Assembly: GCA_951406725.2 (NCBI GenBank)
Contig: OX597836.1
Location: 1,798,001-1,862,000 of the forward strand
Direction of reading: 5' to 3'
Origin: Octopus vulgaris
Taxonomy: Eukaryota
DNA length: 64,000 nt
The notes under the pieces: generated by a model
Databases searched by the model: none
The model's input: only the letters and a program-made list of their open reading frames with translations
What the model was told of the DNA's origin: nothing
In this document: piece by piece, positions 42,819-57,193 of the stretch
Position numbering within the stretch: position 1 is the stretch's first letter
Layout: every line of letters starts with the position of its first letter
Position numbers and translations under genes: made by a program

Positions 42819-43003
42819 CATACATACATACACACACACACATATATATATGTATATGTGTGTGTGTGTGTGTGTGTGTAAATATAATATGTCACAATAT
42901 TCGGTAGCCATGATAAAACTCCGAATAATTGCCATATATTATATTTACAGATCAATTCATCTATTTACATAATATCGAGGTCTCTTTCATTCTTTTGTCG
43001 TCT

Positions 43004-43043
<40 letters not shown>

Positions 43044-43164
43044 CCTCCATATTGTACCAAAGGTACGATCCAAAGGTAGGAATAGATCTCCTCTCCACAA
43101 TGCCGGATGAACAACCCACTATGAAGTAAAGACGAAGGCATACCCAGGTGTGGTGATTAACACA

Positions 43165-43235
43165 GACTAAGTCAAGACGTGTGGTGCTCCAGCATGACAC
43201 GGCCGCATGGCTGAAAAGAATAAAAGAATAAAAGA

Positions 43236-43237
<2 letters not shown>
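43165..43237 (+). mobile_element. SINE family B 3' tail fragment
   Basis: gactaa...ggtgctccagcatg...ggctgaaaagaataaaagaataaaagag. Confidence 0.65.
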
Positions 43238-43307
<70 letters not shown>

Positions 43308-43381
43308 ATATATATATATGTTATATATATATATACACACACACACATATATATATATATGCATATATACACATATATACA

Positions 43382-43438
<57 letters not shown>

Positions 43439-44227
43439 CTATCTATCTATCTATCTCTCTCTCTCTCTATAGATATATATATACATATACATTCGTATAC
43501 ATATATATACATATACATATACATATATATATGTGTGTGTGTGTGTGCGTGTGTGTGGATATATAATCATGCATCCACATTTTCCCACCGCTACGAACTC
43601 CACCACTACAACTACAATCACCACCGCCACCACCAGAGACACAACCACCACAGCCATCGCCAACGCTGCAACTGCAGTCATCAGCATCACTCTCTCTCTC
43701 TCTTCCTCACCTTCCACTTCACTAATGACAAAAGAACCCATCTCTCAACTCCTACACAACCATCTATTCACACGTACACACACACACACAAGGCGCACCG
43801 AGATAACCATGAACACGTATACTCTTAACTACACACCCAGCCGCACACACACACACACACATATACACACACCTACGCGCGCGTACGCATGCACAGATGT
43901 ATTGACACTTCCATCCAGAAATATCGATCGCTGTCTCTCCTCACAATGGATAAAGTTCTACTTAGCAGTGTCAACTGTCATCAGCCTCTCTTGCGAAAGA
44001 TGGCCGCCTCTCTTGTTACTGTATCTTAGATAACAAACAGCTTACATTCTACACACATTCCACAAATATACACCCTACTCAAACGCAACGCATTCACGCA
44101 CAGACGCACACACAAACACACACACACACACACAAACACAGACACACACACCGACACACACGCACAGCCATATATATCATTTTCACTACCGATACATTTA
44201 CCTTTATACACGCGGTCACACACACAA

Positions 44228-44258
<31 letters not shown>

Positions 44259-44425
44259 CACACGCACGAATGTACACACAGACAGATAGATAGATAGATA
44301 AATATTTACATACATACACTCACACCCACCCACACCCAGTCACACATCCAAACACATCCTCACACACACGAACACACACACACACACACACACGCACGAA
44401 TGTACACACAGACAGATAGATAGAT

Positions 44426-44501
<76 letters not shown>

Positions 44502-44526
44502 GGATTGATAGATAGATAGATGGATG

Positions 44527-44570
<44 letters not shown>

Positions 44571-44802
44571 TTTACATATACACACTCACACCCACCCACA
44601 CCCAGTCACACACCCAAACACATCCTCACACACACACACACGCACGCGCACACATACACATACACTCATTGTATATGTATATATAGGAATAAAGATGTTT
44701 GCTGGAGTACAGAATAGTGTCTTAATACAGAGAGAGAGGAAAATACTGTTGGAACAAATGGAAATATCATTTCTTCAGTTTCTTCAGGTCGTGCTGGTTC
44801 AT

Positions 44803-45080
44803 GTCTTAGGGGTTAGGGTATTTAGCTTACGATCGTAAGGTCCTGAGTTCGATCTTCAGCGACGTATTGTTATTACATGCTGTTGCAGTCCACTCAACAG
44901 GCACTGAATGAAGTGCACCTGTATCTGAAAGGGTCAGTCTTGTCGCCCCTTTGTGTCAGGCTGGATCTTCCTCAGAACTACCTTATATGTCTGCGGAGTA
45001 CTCAGCCACTTGTAAACTTTACGATCAGGCTGCTCCGTTGATCGGATTTATTGTAACATTGGTAACCACCAAAGTGCCAG
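44803..45080 (+). mobile_element. tRNA-derived SINE family E (head related to family D)
   Basis: ggttagggtattt...gatcgtaaggtcctgagttcgatc (B box), gcagtccactca, tail ctcagccacttg...caggctgctccgttgatcggat. Confidence 0.65.
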
Positions 45081-45515
45081 GCTAGAGTTTTTCTTGGGAG
45101 CGGGGAATTTTTCCTGCAGAAATGAATTGTATCTACAATTTAGTGTGGTTGTCCAGCCCCGGGGGTTCGATCTCTGGCTTATTTCGTCGTTGAACTCGAA
45201 GTCTCTGCGTAACAGGGTCTACCGTAGAAATCTTCGGTAGAAACATGATGAAGTATTCGAAATTTCATACATGAGTCTGAATAACAGTAAACGGCGATGT
45301 CTGTACCAAAGTTTGGCACGTTCATTGGGTGAGTGTCACAGGTGTCTGTTTGGTGGGAAACATGGCAGGAATTGTAAAGACTTTCATGCAAGAAACCCTG
45401 CAGACAAGGAGAGCAGACAAGAATACGCATAATCACAGAGTGTTTGTTTATATACAAAGATGCACACACAGTGTGTGCGATGGGTAAATTGTCGCTACTT
45501 ATTCACCGCACTCTG

Positions 45516-45570
<55 letters not shown>

Positions 45571-45607
45571 GTGTGTATGTAGGTATGTATATGTATATAC
45601 ATATATG

Positions 45608-45650
<43 letters not shown>

Positions 45651-45671
45651 ATGCATATGTATATATATGTA

Positions 45672-45709
<38 letters not shown>

Positions 45710-45878
45710 GATAGATAGATAGATAGATATGCATTCTTACTCATAAAACATATGACTGTGAATATGTGTTTATGTGTGTGTGTTTGTGTGTGTGAATAGA
45801 GATAGATACAAGCATATATACACACATATACATATATATATGTGTATATATACATGCATTATATATATTTATATATTC

Positions 45879-45913
<35 letters not shown>

Positions 45914-46496
45914 TCATTTCATATATATCTGTATGTAAATGCATGTATACACAAATGCACCCATATTCACACCTGCCCAACCACACCCATCCACACACAC
46001 ACACACACTTTGTTCTTTGACTGCCTCCACTCGTTTGACGACGGACATGTTAGGGCACTGCGTGCTACTTTAGCCAATCGTATCGGCCCCGGGTCTTTTT
46101 AGTCTTTTTTTTCTTTTTTCGTTCTTTCTTCTCAGTTATAGATATTATTGATCTCTATTTATTGAACGGCTCTTACCGGTTTCGACATGAAAAGACACAA
46201 CACCGGTTTACACTGTTCAACATAACCAGACACTGAAACAGACTCACACCTCGGTCGAATATACGTGTATCACACACACACACATCCAAAACTCACGCAC
46301 ATACGCACACACACACATTTATGAATGCATAAAGTTTTCATGTATAATATTCACATCGCACTTTTTTCTTGTCCTATATCACTTCAACTCTAAACCATGA
46401 AACTCACTTCTACAAAGTTCTTTCTTGGCGATGTTCCTCACTGATCGTCCCTGGAAAACTGTGGCTCAATTAAACACAGTAGACGGACGAAATACA

Positions 46497-46728
46497 TATT
46501 TCTTTACTGCCCACAAGGGGCTAAACACAGAGGACAAACAAGAACAGACAAACGGATTAAGTCGATTGTGTCGACCCCATGCCGTAACTGGTACTTATTT
46601 AATTGACCCCGAAAGGATGGAAGGCAAAGTCGACCTCGACGGAATTTGAGCTCAGAACGTAGCGGCAGACGAAATACCGCTAAGTATTTCGTCCAGCGTG
46701 CTAACCATTCTGCCGGATCGTCGCCTTT
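46497..46728 (-). mobile_element. SINE family A, full-length and best-preserved copy
   Basis: Reverse complement reads aaggcgacgatccggcagaatggttagcacgctggacgaaatacttagcggtatttcgtctgccgctacgttctgagctcaaattccgtcgaggtcgactttgccttccatcctttcggggtc...gccccttgtgggcagtaaagaaat, with A- and B-box-like motifs. Confidence 0.92.
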
Positions 46729-47420
46729 ATTTAATAAATTTCGCTTTGATGAAATCAACATGAAGAAGTGCCGTATATATATATAAGTTTATAAAAGAGT
46801 ATTCAGTAATCTGCGATGCTCGGAAACCTCACTTCTTGCCCAGAATGTGTAACTACATCAAAAACTTGTAGACAATACAGAATCTTCAATCAATAAATAT
46901 ACCATTGATATCCCAAGGAATCGGAAGCCGACATTATGAATATGCAGGGTTGCAGAGCGAAGATACGATTTGAAATTTAACATTTCACATTAAATCTGTA
47001 ATCTGTAGAGTTAATTATATTGTTGGGCATTAATTACTCCTCTTTAATTATCGCTGCTTGGATTTATCCGGATTCATGTCTGTAACATTAAATTATCCAT
47101 TTTGCTTCGCACCCTTTAATAATTTTAATTTTAATTTCATTGACTGCTATTTCACCTGATAATATTTAATTTATTACCCTTTAACTAACGATAGCATTTA
47201 AATTAGCAATGTATGAGTGTAAATGTGAGTGCGCGCTAACACGCACGCACATACGTATATATGTAAATATATACATATATATATATATATATATACACAC
47301 ACATGCACATATACATACATACATATATACACACATATATATACATACATACATACATACATACATACATACATGCATACATACATACATATATATATAT
47401 ATATATGAATTTGTGTTGCA

Positions 47421-47467
47421 AGATTCCTGATGAGAGGTCGTGTGTCGAGACAGATGTTGTTGAATTT
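47421..47467 (+). ncRNA. Type-I hammerhead-like motif, one core substitution
   Basis: AGAUUC-CUGAUGA-GAggucgugugUC-GAGACAgauguUGUU-GAAUUU; GAAA is GAGA. Confidence 0.45.
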
Positions 47468-47702
47468 CACGAGGGTAATTTGTTTTTATTTGCCAGATAA
47501 ACACACGCTCAGAATATCTTCGTTCTTCACTCGTTTATTACTGTTATTATTCGAACTCATGTATATTCTCCGGAAATCAATCGTCACACGTCTGTGACCT
47601 CCTCAGCGACACTTACAATCCTCCTGTGTGGCTCTGCTCTATCTATTCTATTCTGTTCTTCTGGGATGTATACACACACACACACAAACACGCACCCCCC
47701 CC

Positions 47703-47761
<59 letters not shown>

Positions 47762-47868
47762 GATACATATATGATATACATAATGAATAATAAAACGAAT
47801 GGTTTACACCTGGTAGCTTACTGGTAAAGCAAAGCACGGTCATTTTCAGAAACGATCGTTATGTATAT

Positions 47869-47970
47869 GGTAAATGAAAGACGGATGATGGAATATACAA
47901 GAATTTATTGTTAATCACGACAATTGTTTCGACACATCTACCATCGATTCCTCTTGGGTGGGACAACTCA
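47869..47970 (-). mobile_element. Short interspersed repeat with GAAACAAUUGUC hammerhead 3' half (copy 1)
   Basis: Shares the terminus ggtaaatgaaagacggatg and internal tgtttcg..acatcta.catcgat with 59591-59790. Confidence 0.65.
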
Positions 47971-48086
47971 TTTGCCGTATAACTCATATACACGCACACA
48001 TACATATTTAATACATATGTTTATGTAATAGATATATAACATATATAACTGTACATGTATGTATATATACATATATATATTTATAC

Positions 48087-48200
<114 letters not shown>

Positions 48201-48262
48201 GTTTAAATATTTGTTGTGCAAGATTTATATATAACAATATATACCGACATATATATATATAT

Positions 48263-48342
<80 letters not shown>

Positions 48343-49654
48343 AATGTATATATTGTTAATGTAATAAAAATTTACAAAACTTTGGAAGCTTAAAATAATT
48401 CTTTTTTTTTTTCTAGAATGAATCTCGAAGCAAATAAAGCTAGAAATAATAGCGTGAACATAACGGGTTCAAACTTCCTTTTCGTTCCAAAGTGTTGGTA
48501 AAACTAATATCTACACGCTATCATTTGAAGTTTTATTTATTCACCGTTCCTAAAAAGAATAGCACGTATATATACACACACGCATATATTTATTCGCGCG
48601 CACACCCATACATATCTTCGTTGGAAGCTGGATTACTCATTCACTCCGTGGCTGTTCAGGTTTTCTCGCCCTCTCCCATTATTTAGAATCCCAAGTGTTT
48701 ATAATCAAAATGTATTCATCTCTCTACATGTTTATTCGTGCGAATATTCAATACGTCTCTATGCACCATTTTCAATCTCACCCTCGCATTTCCGTGCATT
48801 ATTCCACTGCCAGACGGTAGTTTAACTGAGGGTCTCTAATCACAATTGACCCCTGCAAAACTTTTTTGCGCTTCTTGTCCTTCCTCTCTAAGGAAAATAA
48901 TGATGGTATTTTCAATGTTTCGTAGAAGGCTAACAATTTTAAGGTAAGCAATACATCGAATCCATGTTCAACTGGTCCTTGCTTGATTGAGCCTGAAAAG
49001 ATGAGATGCCCAAGGTCAACAGTTTTAAGTGTGGAGGCAGTGTCGGTTACCCCGACCCTAAAATTTAACCCAGTTCTGTGAATGGAATTCGGTAGACGGA
49101 GATTTTGGCTGGATCTTCCTTTTTTTTTTATCAGTGTTCGACTCAATCTGCCGCCAGGTTTTATAATAAATTAACAAACAGATTTTAAGGGAATCATTGC
49201 GAAGTCCATATGAATATCGAAGTATTTGGTGCAGCGGAGTGTTCATTCTGAAGATGGTACAATATTTAATACACTCACTCCTACTTTGAATGCTGGTCCA
49301 TTGAAATATGTTCAGCAGACTCACAGCGTCACAATGGTTAGTGTGTTAGATCGTCGGTTAGAATGCATCTCCCTGAGAATTGAATCCAAATCTCAATGAA
49401 GTCAAATTAAACTTTTGCCTTCCTGGGCCTCCATAGCTGATTGTTCCATCCTCTCCCTTGTATTTTTAATTTGAACATCAAAACTTGCCACGCTAATCCG
49501 TCCTTAGAATCGCTTTAAGAATCCGCTTGTCTTGGAAAACAGAACCACTCAAACTTTGTATTTCATTTATAAGAATTCAACAGATCGATGGAAGATCCCT
49601 GTCGAGACCGACGCACAATCCACGGACTTTACTGGTGATTCCACTCCTTTCGTT

Positions 49655-49867
49655 TTTAGACCATTAAATCGACAATATCTGGTTCAAATATTCTACAAAT
49701 TTTATCTTCAAACTGGTCAGATTCAGCCTCTCACACCTATCCGACAATCTCTCTCTAAATATAAACGCATCTTCAATATTTGAAGGCTCGAAGATAATGA
49801 ATGATTAATTTAAAACAAAATGAATAAATAAGCATTTGAGAGAAGAACCTGAAAGCTAAACGGTGAA
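49655..49867. mobile_element. MITE, diverged reverse-complement copy of 3632-3855
   Basis: caaatattctac...ttcaaactggtcagattcagcctctc...gataatgaatgatt...aataaataagcattt matches the reverse complement of 3640-3830. Confidence 0.65.
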
Positions 49868-49984
49868 GAAAATAACAATTTCAACTTTTGGTTCGAAGCT
49901 AAACAATTAATTGCAAGCGAGGCAGCAATTCAAGAATGAGTCCAGCGTTCAGCTGTGTGTTGCTAAACCCAAAAGGATTAAAAA

Positions 49985-50190
49985 CGCAAGGCTAAACTTT
50001 TTAAGGGAAAAGGGCTTTGTCCGTTGTATCGACCAGAGTATCTGACAGGTGCTTTAATTTATCGAACCCAGGACAGTGACCCGGCAAAGATTACTACACT
50101 GGGATTTGAAACCACATCGTAAAAATTTGGAAAAAAAAACATAAATCTTAAATTTTTTTTACGACGCTCTCACGCTTCCGACAGTTCGAC
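49985..50190 (-). mobile_element. SINE family A, degenerate
   Basis: tatcgaccagagtatctgacaggtgctttaatttatcgaaccc...gggatttgaaac...gacgctctcacgcttccgacagttcg. Confidence 0.6.
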
Positions 50191-50749
50191 CTCTTCCCGT
50201 CTTTCTCTCTCCTTCTCTCTCAGATGATCTTCCTGCCTCTCTTCCACGCAACCTCCACATCACATCATCTCTATATCAATCAATATTTGTCTTTACATAA
50301 ATATCCTTCAATAGAGACAACCATCGCTAACCTGCCTGACTGACTGCCTGCCTACCTCTATACGAAGATGCCTGTCTGGCTGTCGTTCACTTTATATATT
50401 AATGGCATTCAATCTGCCTCTCAGCCTCTCTCTGCCCCCCTCCCCCATCACTATCCGTCTGTCTTTCTCTTTCCCCTCACTCTCTATCTCTACCTACGTC
50501 TCTCTCTCTGTCTCCGTCACTCTTGCTCTTCCTCGAAGCCACTACATCACAGCAGCCTTCGATTTTTGTATCAACGTAAACACACTTCTCTATAGACTGC
50601 CTTTGATGTACTCTATCTCTGTCTGTCGGTCGGCCTGTCTGCCTGTCGGCCTGTTTCTACCTCAGCCCTTCATTTTCCCCTCCCTCCTACCTTCCCTTTC
50701 TGGCATTTTGTCTTCATGCAAGCTGCTACTTCACATCATCTCTGTAATT

Positions 50750-50831
<82 letters not shown>

Positions 50832-50863
50832 GTATATATATATTATTGTATATATATACACAC

Positions 50864-50895
<32 letters not shown>

Positions 50896-51080
50896 GTCTA
50901 TATAAACATACCTACCTAGATACATAAATACTACATACATGCTTACATACCTACATACTCTCACACACACATATATATATATATACATATATATACCAGC
51001 CAATACATCACAATCACTTCGGCATGTATATCCATCCATCCATCCATCCATCCATCCATCCATCCATCAATCCATCCATC

Positions 51081-51130
<50 letters not shown>

Positions 51131-51838
51131 TTATCTATCTATCTATCCTAATCTATCTGCTTATCCATCTGTTTGTCTGTCTGTCTAGTATTCTACCTGT
51201 CTCTGTCAGGTTATATCTTTATTCATCCGTCCCTCTCTCTCTCTCTCTCTCTAACTCTAACTCTCTCTCCCTATCCCTCTCTCTCTCTCTCTCTAACTCT
51301 AACTCTCTCTCCCTATCCCCCTCTCTCTCTCTCCATCTCTAAACCACTACATCACAAGCACTTCCGTATATCAATCGATTTTTTTGTCTCAACATAAACA
51401 CACCTCTGTATAGAGCACCTTAGCTGTTCTACCTGTCTGTCTGTCTTTCTGCCTGCACACCTGTCTGTCTGTGCGTCATTGTATGTCTGCATCTCCCTCT
51501 CACCCCCTATGTCTCTCTCTCCTTCCCTCCCATGTCTCTATTTCTTTTTCTCTTAAACTTTCTCCCTCTTTTCCGTTCTCTCTCTCTCTCTCTCCCATAT
51601 TTCTTCTCATTTTTCTCTCTTAGATCAACTCGCCTTCTTTGTCTTTCTCTTTCACTCCCTCTGCTTCCCTTACCATCTTTACATCTCCCTCTCTCTCTCT
51701 CTTTCTCTCTCACTCAGTCTCTATATAAATTTCCCTATCTCCCTCGCTTAGACTCTCTTTCTCCTATCAATCGTGCTCCTCCCTTGTCTTTCTTAATTTC
51801 ACCTTCTCTCTCTCTCTCTCACTCACTCACTACCTGTC

Positions 51839-51894
<56 letters not shown>

Positions 51895-51974
51895 ATTTTG
51901 ATCTATATATGCTTTCTGTCGCTGTCTTTCCAAACATACTCTCTCCATCTTTCTCCTTGTCTTTCTCTCCAATG

Positions 51975-52009
<35 letters not shown>

Positions 52010-52637
52010 TTCTGTCTATTCCTCTCTCTGACTGTTTCTCTCTCTCTGTCTCTCTCTTTGTCTTTCTCTCCAATGTATCTCAGTCTCTGTCTCTCTCTCA
52101 CTGTCTCTCTGTCTCTCTGTCTCTCTCTGTCTCTCTCTCTCGCTCTCTTTCCAGCATACACACACCCTCTCCACCACCCTATACTTCCACTGCACCCTTT
52201 TCTCCATATATCCCTCCCCCCCATAAAATCTTCCACTCACACCTTCTCTCTTTATCTCTCTCTCTCCCACCCATCTTCCACTTCCATACTCCCCCCTCCA
52301 TCCTCTTCATTTGCGACTGTTCCTCCTCGCACCTCCACACTACTCCCCCTCCCCCTCCTTCTAAAACTAACTCAGTCACTCTCTCACCAGCACGTAAACA
52401 CACACACACTTTCCCCCTCCACCACCCCTACTGCTGTTCCCCCCTACCCCTACCCCCCATCTCACCAATAATCGATACGTAACACTCTACTGTAGCTTCT
52501 TCAAAAAGCCTGACTGCTTACCTGTCCGACAGTCTGACTGTCTGCCTGTAATTCATGTCTGCCTGTCAGTCCGTCTCTACCTGTCTGACGTTGTCTGTGT
52601 TTGGATGTGTATTTGCTTCAATGTGTTTTTAAGTATT

Positions 52638-52673
<36 letters not shown>

Positions 52674-52881
52674 GAAGAGAGAGAGGCAGAGAGAGAGAGA
52701 GAGAGAAGCAAGGGTGCGTGTGTGACTGTGTAGGCGTATGCGTAAATATCTGCCTATTACTCTTTATGGTTAGTTATCTGTCTATCTATCTACCTATCTA
52801 TCTATCTGTCTATCTATCTGTCTATCGATCTATCTATTTATCTATCTATCTATCTATCTATCTATCCATCGATCTATCTAT

Positions 52882-52912
<31 letters not shown>

Positions 52913-53204
52913 CCTACCTATCTACCTACCTATCTATCTGTCTGTCTATCATCTGCCTGTCTGTTTATCTATCAGTCGATCTATCTAACCCGGCTATATC
53001 TATATCTGTCTTCCTATCTGTCTACAAACCCACGCATCTAATCTTGTTTCTACTAATCTACCAATCTATGTATCTACTTACACGAATATCAATTAATCTA
53101 TGTTTAAAGCTACCTCCATACTTATCCGTCTACTTATCTACATAAAACCAACCAATCTATCAGTCTATCAAACACCCTCTCTCCCTATATATATATATAT
53201 ATAA

Positions 53205-53273
<69 letters not shown>

Positions 53274-53358
53274 CATACCTATCTATGTATTCATTTCTTC
53301 AGCTATCTCTCCACTATACTATCTCCATCTTATCTCTCTACCTATCTCTATCACTATA

Positions 53359-53424
<66 letters not shown>

Positions 53425-54010
53425 TCACCTATCAGTCTATACCATCCATCCATCTATTTGTCTGTCTGTCTGTCAGTCTCCTCTCCGTCTCTCCGTCTTT
53501 TCCTCCTCCCTCTCTCTCTTTGAATTCTCAATTATTGACTCCAACCTATCGAGTAACATTCAATTTCTTTCTCTTCTTTTTTTCCTTCCGCGCTTTCTCT
53601 CTCTCACACCCTCTCTCCCTCTCTCAGTCTCTCTCCTCCTTCTATCATTCCCATGTCTCTCTCTTTTTTTCTCTCTCCCTCTCTTTCTTTCTTTCTTTCT
53701 TTCTCTCTCTCTCTCAGTCTCTCTCCTCCTTCCATCCCTCCCCATCTCTCTCTCGATAAATGAGTCAACGATTTTTAAACAGCAGATAAACTAAAAAGAA
53801 CTTTACTCATTCACGCATCAACTCGCCTTTCCTCCTCCTCCTCACACTCTCACTCTCACTACCTCTCACTTCCTACTCCACCACCCTCACTCAGAATCTC
53901 TCCTACTCCTCGCCCGTCCTCTCACTTTCTCTATCTCACCCTCCTTCTCTCATCTTCTCAATCACCAAATCGGTTTCCCCCCCCTCCTCCTCCTCCTCCC
54001 TCGTTCGTAC
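50190..54010. repeat. ~3.8 kb pyrimidine-skewed low-complexity domain ((CT)n, (CTAT)n, (CCAT)n, (TA)n)
   Basis: Directly visible; source of the SLSLSL and RERERE ORFs. Confidence 0.9.
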
Positions 54011-54256
54011 TCCTTTTTACACTCATTATGCACAACATACTCCCTCTCGCGGCAAAGTAAGGCTTTAAATGGTACTCATCCGCTGCTTGATTATTAATTA
54101 ATTAACGAAAGAAGGCGGGACAGAGCACACGGCCAACTTTTTTTCCTATTTATTTACTTATTCATTCGTTTTCCTTCCATTTTTCCTCTTTTGCTCCTCC
54201 CTGGACCGAGGAAATCAATGATGCGGTTGACGGTTCACTTGGGAAATGATGTTTCC

Positions 54257-54299
54257 TTGTTGTTGTTGTTGTTGTTGTTGTTGTGGATGATGATAATAA

Positions 54300-54330
<31 letters not shown>

Positions 54331-54526
54331 ATTCGTGGTGGTCGTGGTCGTGGGGATGGTGATGAGTGTAGTGGTGGTCGTGATGATGATGATGATGATG
54401 ATGATGATGACCACGACGACGACGACGATGATGAGGATGATGGTGATGATGATGAAGATGATGATGAAGATGATTGTTATCGTTGATGATTATGTTGTTG
54501 TTTGTTGCTGTAGATGATGATAATGA

Positions 54527-54560
<34 letters not shown>

Positions 54561-54780
54561 GGTATTCGTGGTGGTCGTGATGATGATGATGATGATGACA
54601 ACGACGACGATGATGGTGATGATGGTGATGATGATGAAGATGGTGATGATGATGATGATGATTGTTATCGTTGATGATGTTGTTGTTGTCGTTGGTGTTG
54701 TTGGTGTTTTATTGTTGTAGTTGGCTTTGTTGTTTGTTTTTTTTTATTAACGATAATGCTGTTGTTGTTGTTGTTGTTGA
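54257..54780. repeat. (GAT)n/(GGT)n/(GTT)n compound microsatellite with duplicated higher-order unit
   Basis: Markers ggtattcgtggtggtcgtg and gattgttatcgttgatgat each occur twice. Confidence 0.9.
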
Positions 54781-55242
54781 TGGTTGTTAGTTGTTGCAGT
54801 TGTTTCTGTGACTCTTTTTGTTGCTCTACAGCTTCAGATCAACTCTGATTGAGCAGCCATTTAATTAAAAACAATCCGGTCGTGGCCATCCTGTTTATTC
54901 ATTCACACATACCCATACCATGGATCACCTTACCTCAAGTACATTTCTTTTCATTTTAATTTAATAAAATTCAATTTGAAGGTGATCAGCTGATGGTTCT
55001 TGGCTTGTTGTTGCTGTCATGTCTCAGGTGGGTTAGATTGCAGGTATTTATTCATAATAAAACGCTTTCCATCCGTGACAATCCTGTTTCTCCTGTGCCC
55101 AAAGAGCTTAGAGAAATATTACCCTATATAACCTTTTCGATGACGGTGATAGTAATTTGAGGGAGACTTCAGCTATTGTGTCTAGCTTGTTGACCGTCGA
55201 TGCATTGCTTGTTGATGTAATTTTTGGGAGGGAAAGAGTTAA

Positions 55243-55284
<42 letters not shown>

Positions 55285-55709
55285 GTGGGGGGGTCGCGGT
55301 TCAGTGAAGAAGGATTGGTGGAAAAATATTTAACAGGTATTTTCGACATGAAACTTACAAGAGTTTCTCGTTGGTTTTTGAATTCCAGCTTTGAGAGAGT
55401 AGCCATTTGATCGAAGCTGTCCCACATCTGATCACATCGTGGTCAATCAAATCCAGCCTGAGCCATCACGTCTTGCCTCCCCCAAACCGTTCGGTCCCTC
55501 CACTTGCTTTAATAATATAGGGCGTGGTTTAAGTGTGACTACTCTGCCATATCTAACAAGAAAAACTGCCACTTTTGGTCTGCATTTTCTATTTAAACCC
55601 AGGCCAATCTTAACTCAGGTTTTCTGTAACGTAAGTCGAGCGAACTGAAGAGTATTGCATTATGCAATTGGAGCTTACGTAAAACATTAGATTTTTTTTA
55701 ATTTTTAAA

Positions 55710-56005
55710 CTAGCAGTATCGCCCGGCGTTGCTCGGGTTTATAAGGGAAATAACTATATAAGCATTTTTAGAGAGTTACCTCCCTTATATAATAGCAAAA
55801 AATGCATTAAAATGTGAAAAAATGATGGTAATTTTTTTTTTAATCTTAGACTCATCGTAGACGCGAGCTAATACCCAGAAGGGCTCGATATGAATCACGA
55901 CTATAAGATACCCAGTTTTGGTTAAACTGCACCGCAAAATGTGGGAGTAGTTAAGAATCTAAATCGTAGGAGACAGACACACAACTTCACTTTTATATAT
56001 AAAGA
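55710..56005 (-). mobile_element. Non-autonomous Helitron, 296 bp, intact termini
   Basis: Minus strand begins a|TCtttatatataaaag and ends cccgagcaacgccggg-cgatactg-CTAG|t: 5' TC, subterminal GC hairpin (55722-55737), 3' CTAG, inserted between A and T without a TSD. Confidence 0.9.
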
Positions 56006-56349
56006 TGACAGCTCGCTATTTCTATTTCATGCTGACTGAGCTAGTAAGGGTTCCTTCCTTGGCTACATATTTGGTAAGTTAGGTGGGAAGATACATCAGA
56101 GGCGGCAGAAGAACATTTAGAGGTAACACAATAATAAGGTCGAGTGATGAGGGATGACATGAGTGAGACAGAGATTTTATTCAACTTGAGTGAGGAATGA
56201 CTCTTTGCCCATTTGCAGAACGGTTATATGCATTGCCAAGAGAATTAGGAAACCCACACGTTTGAATATTCTCCTCACACGATGTCAGACGAACAAGTGT
56301 CCCGGTATGGAGTCCAGCAGAGGGCAGCAGTGTCACATACGCACACAAA

Positions 56350-56409
<60 letters not shown>

Positions 56410-56729
56410 TACACACACACGCACGCATCCCTCATACACAAAGCATATTTTAAGATATATTTCATATAAAGATGCATATTGTGGTTGACGAAAAGTGTGG
56501 AAACCCGATGTGTACATATGCATGTGTGTGCATGATTGTATGTGTGTGAGTATCTGTGTGATCATGTGTGTGCGCGCGTATGCATGTATATATATATATA
56601 TATATACGTATGTATGTATGTATGTATGTATGTGTATATATGTATCGAAAATTCAACAAAAAAGTACTCCATTTGATGAGAAATAAATAATTATTTGAAG
56701 GACACACTACATAATTTCAAGTGCTGACC

Positions 56730-56805
<76 letters not shown>

Positions 56806-56898
56806 TAGAGAGATAGGTATATATATATTTATATGTATATGTATATATATATATATAGATAGATAGATATAGGTATAGGTATATATAAATATATATAC

Positions 56899-56971
<73 letters not shown>

Positions 56972-57193
56972 TATATATATGTATTTATATATATATATAT
57001 ACAAATATATATATATATGTATGTATATATATATATATATATATATGTATACATATATACATACATACATATAGAGAGAGGGAGATGGAAAGGAAGAGGA
57101 AGGGAGAGATATATCTATCTATGTATGTGTGTGTGTGTATAAATATGTATGAGAGATCATATTGTTAGTGTGGAGTTTATCTACTCCAAGCAT

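Noticed and set aside
48799-49324. 115-aa and 88-aa ORFs in complex sequence (also 20281-20818 and 8321-8560)
   Set aside because: No recognisable domain or splice structure; possibly decayed transposon sequence, but unassignable by eye.
51532-52482. 316-aa Ser/Leu-rich ORF
   Set aside because: Product of (CT)n low-complexity sequence.
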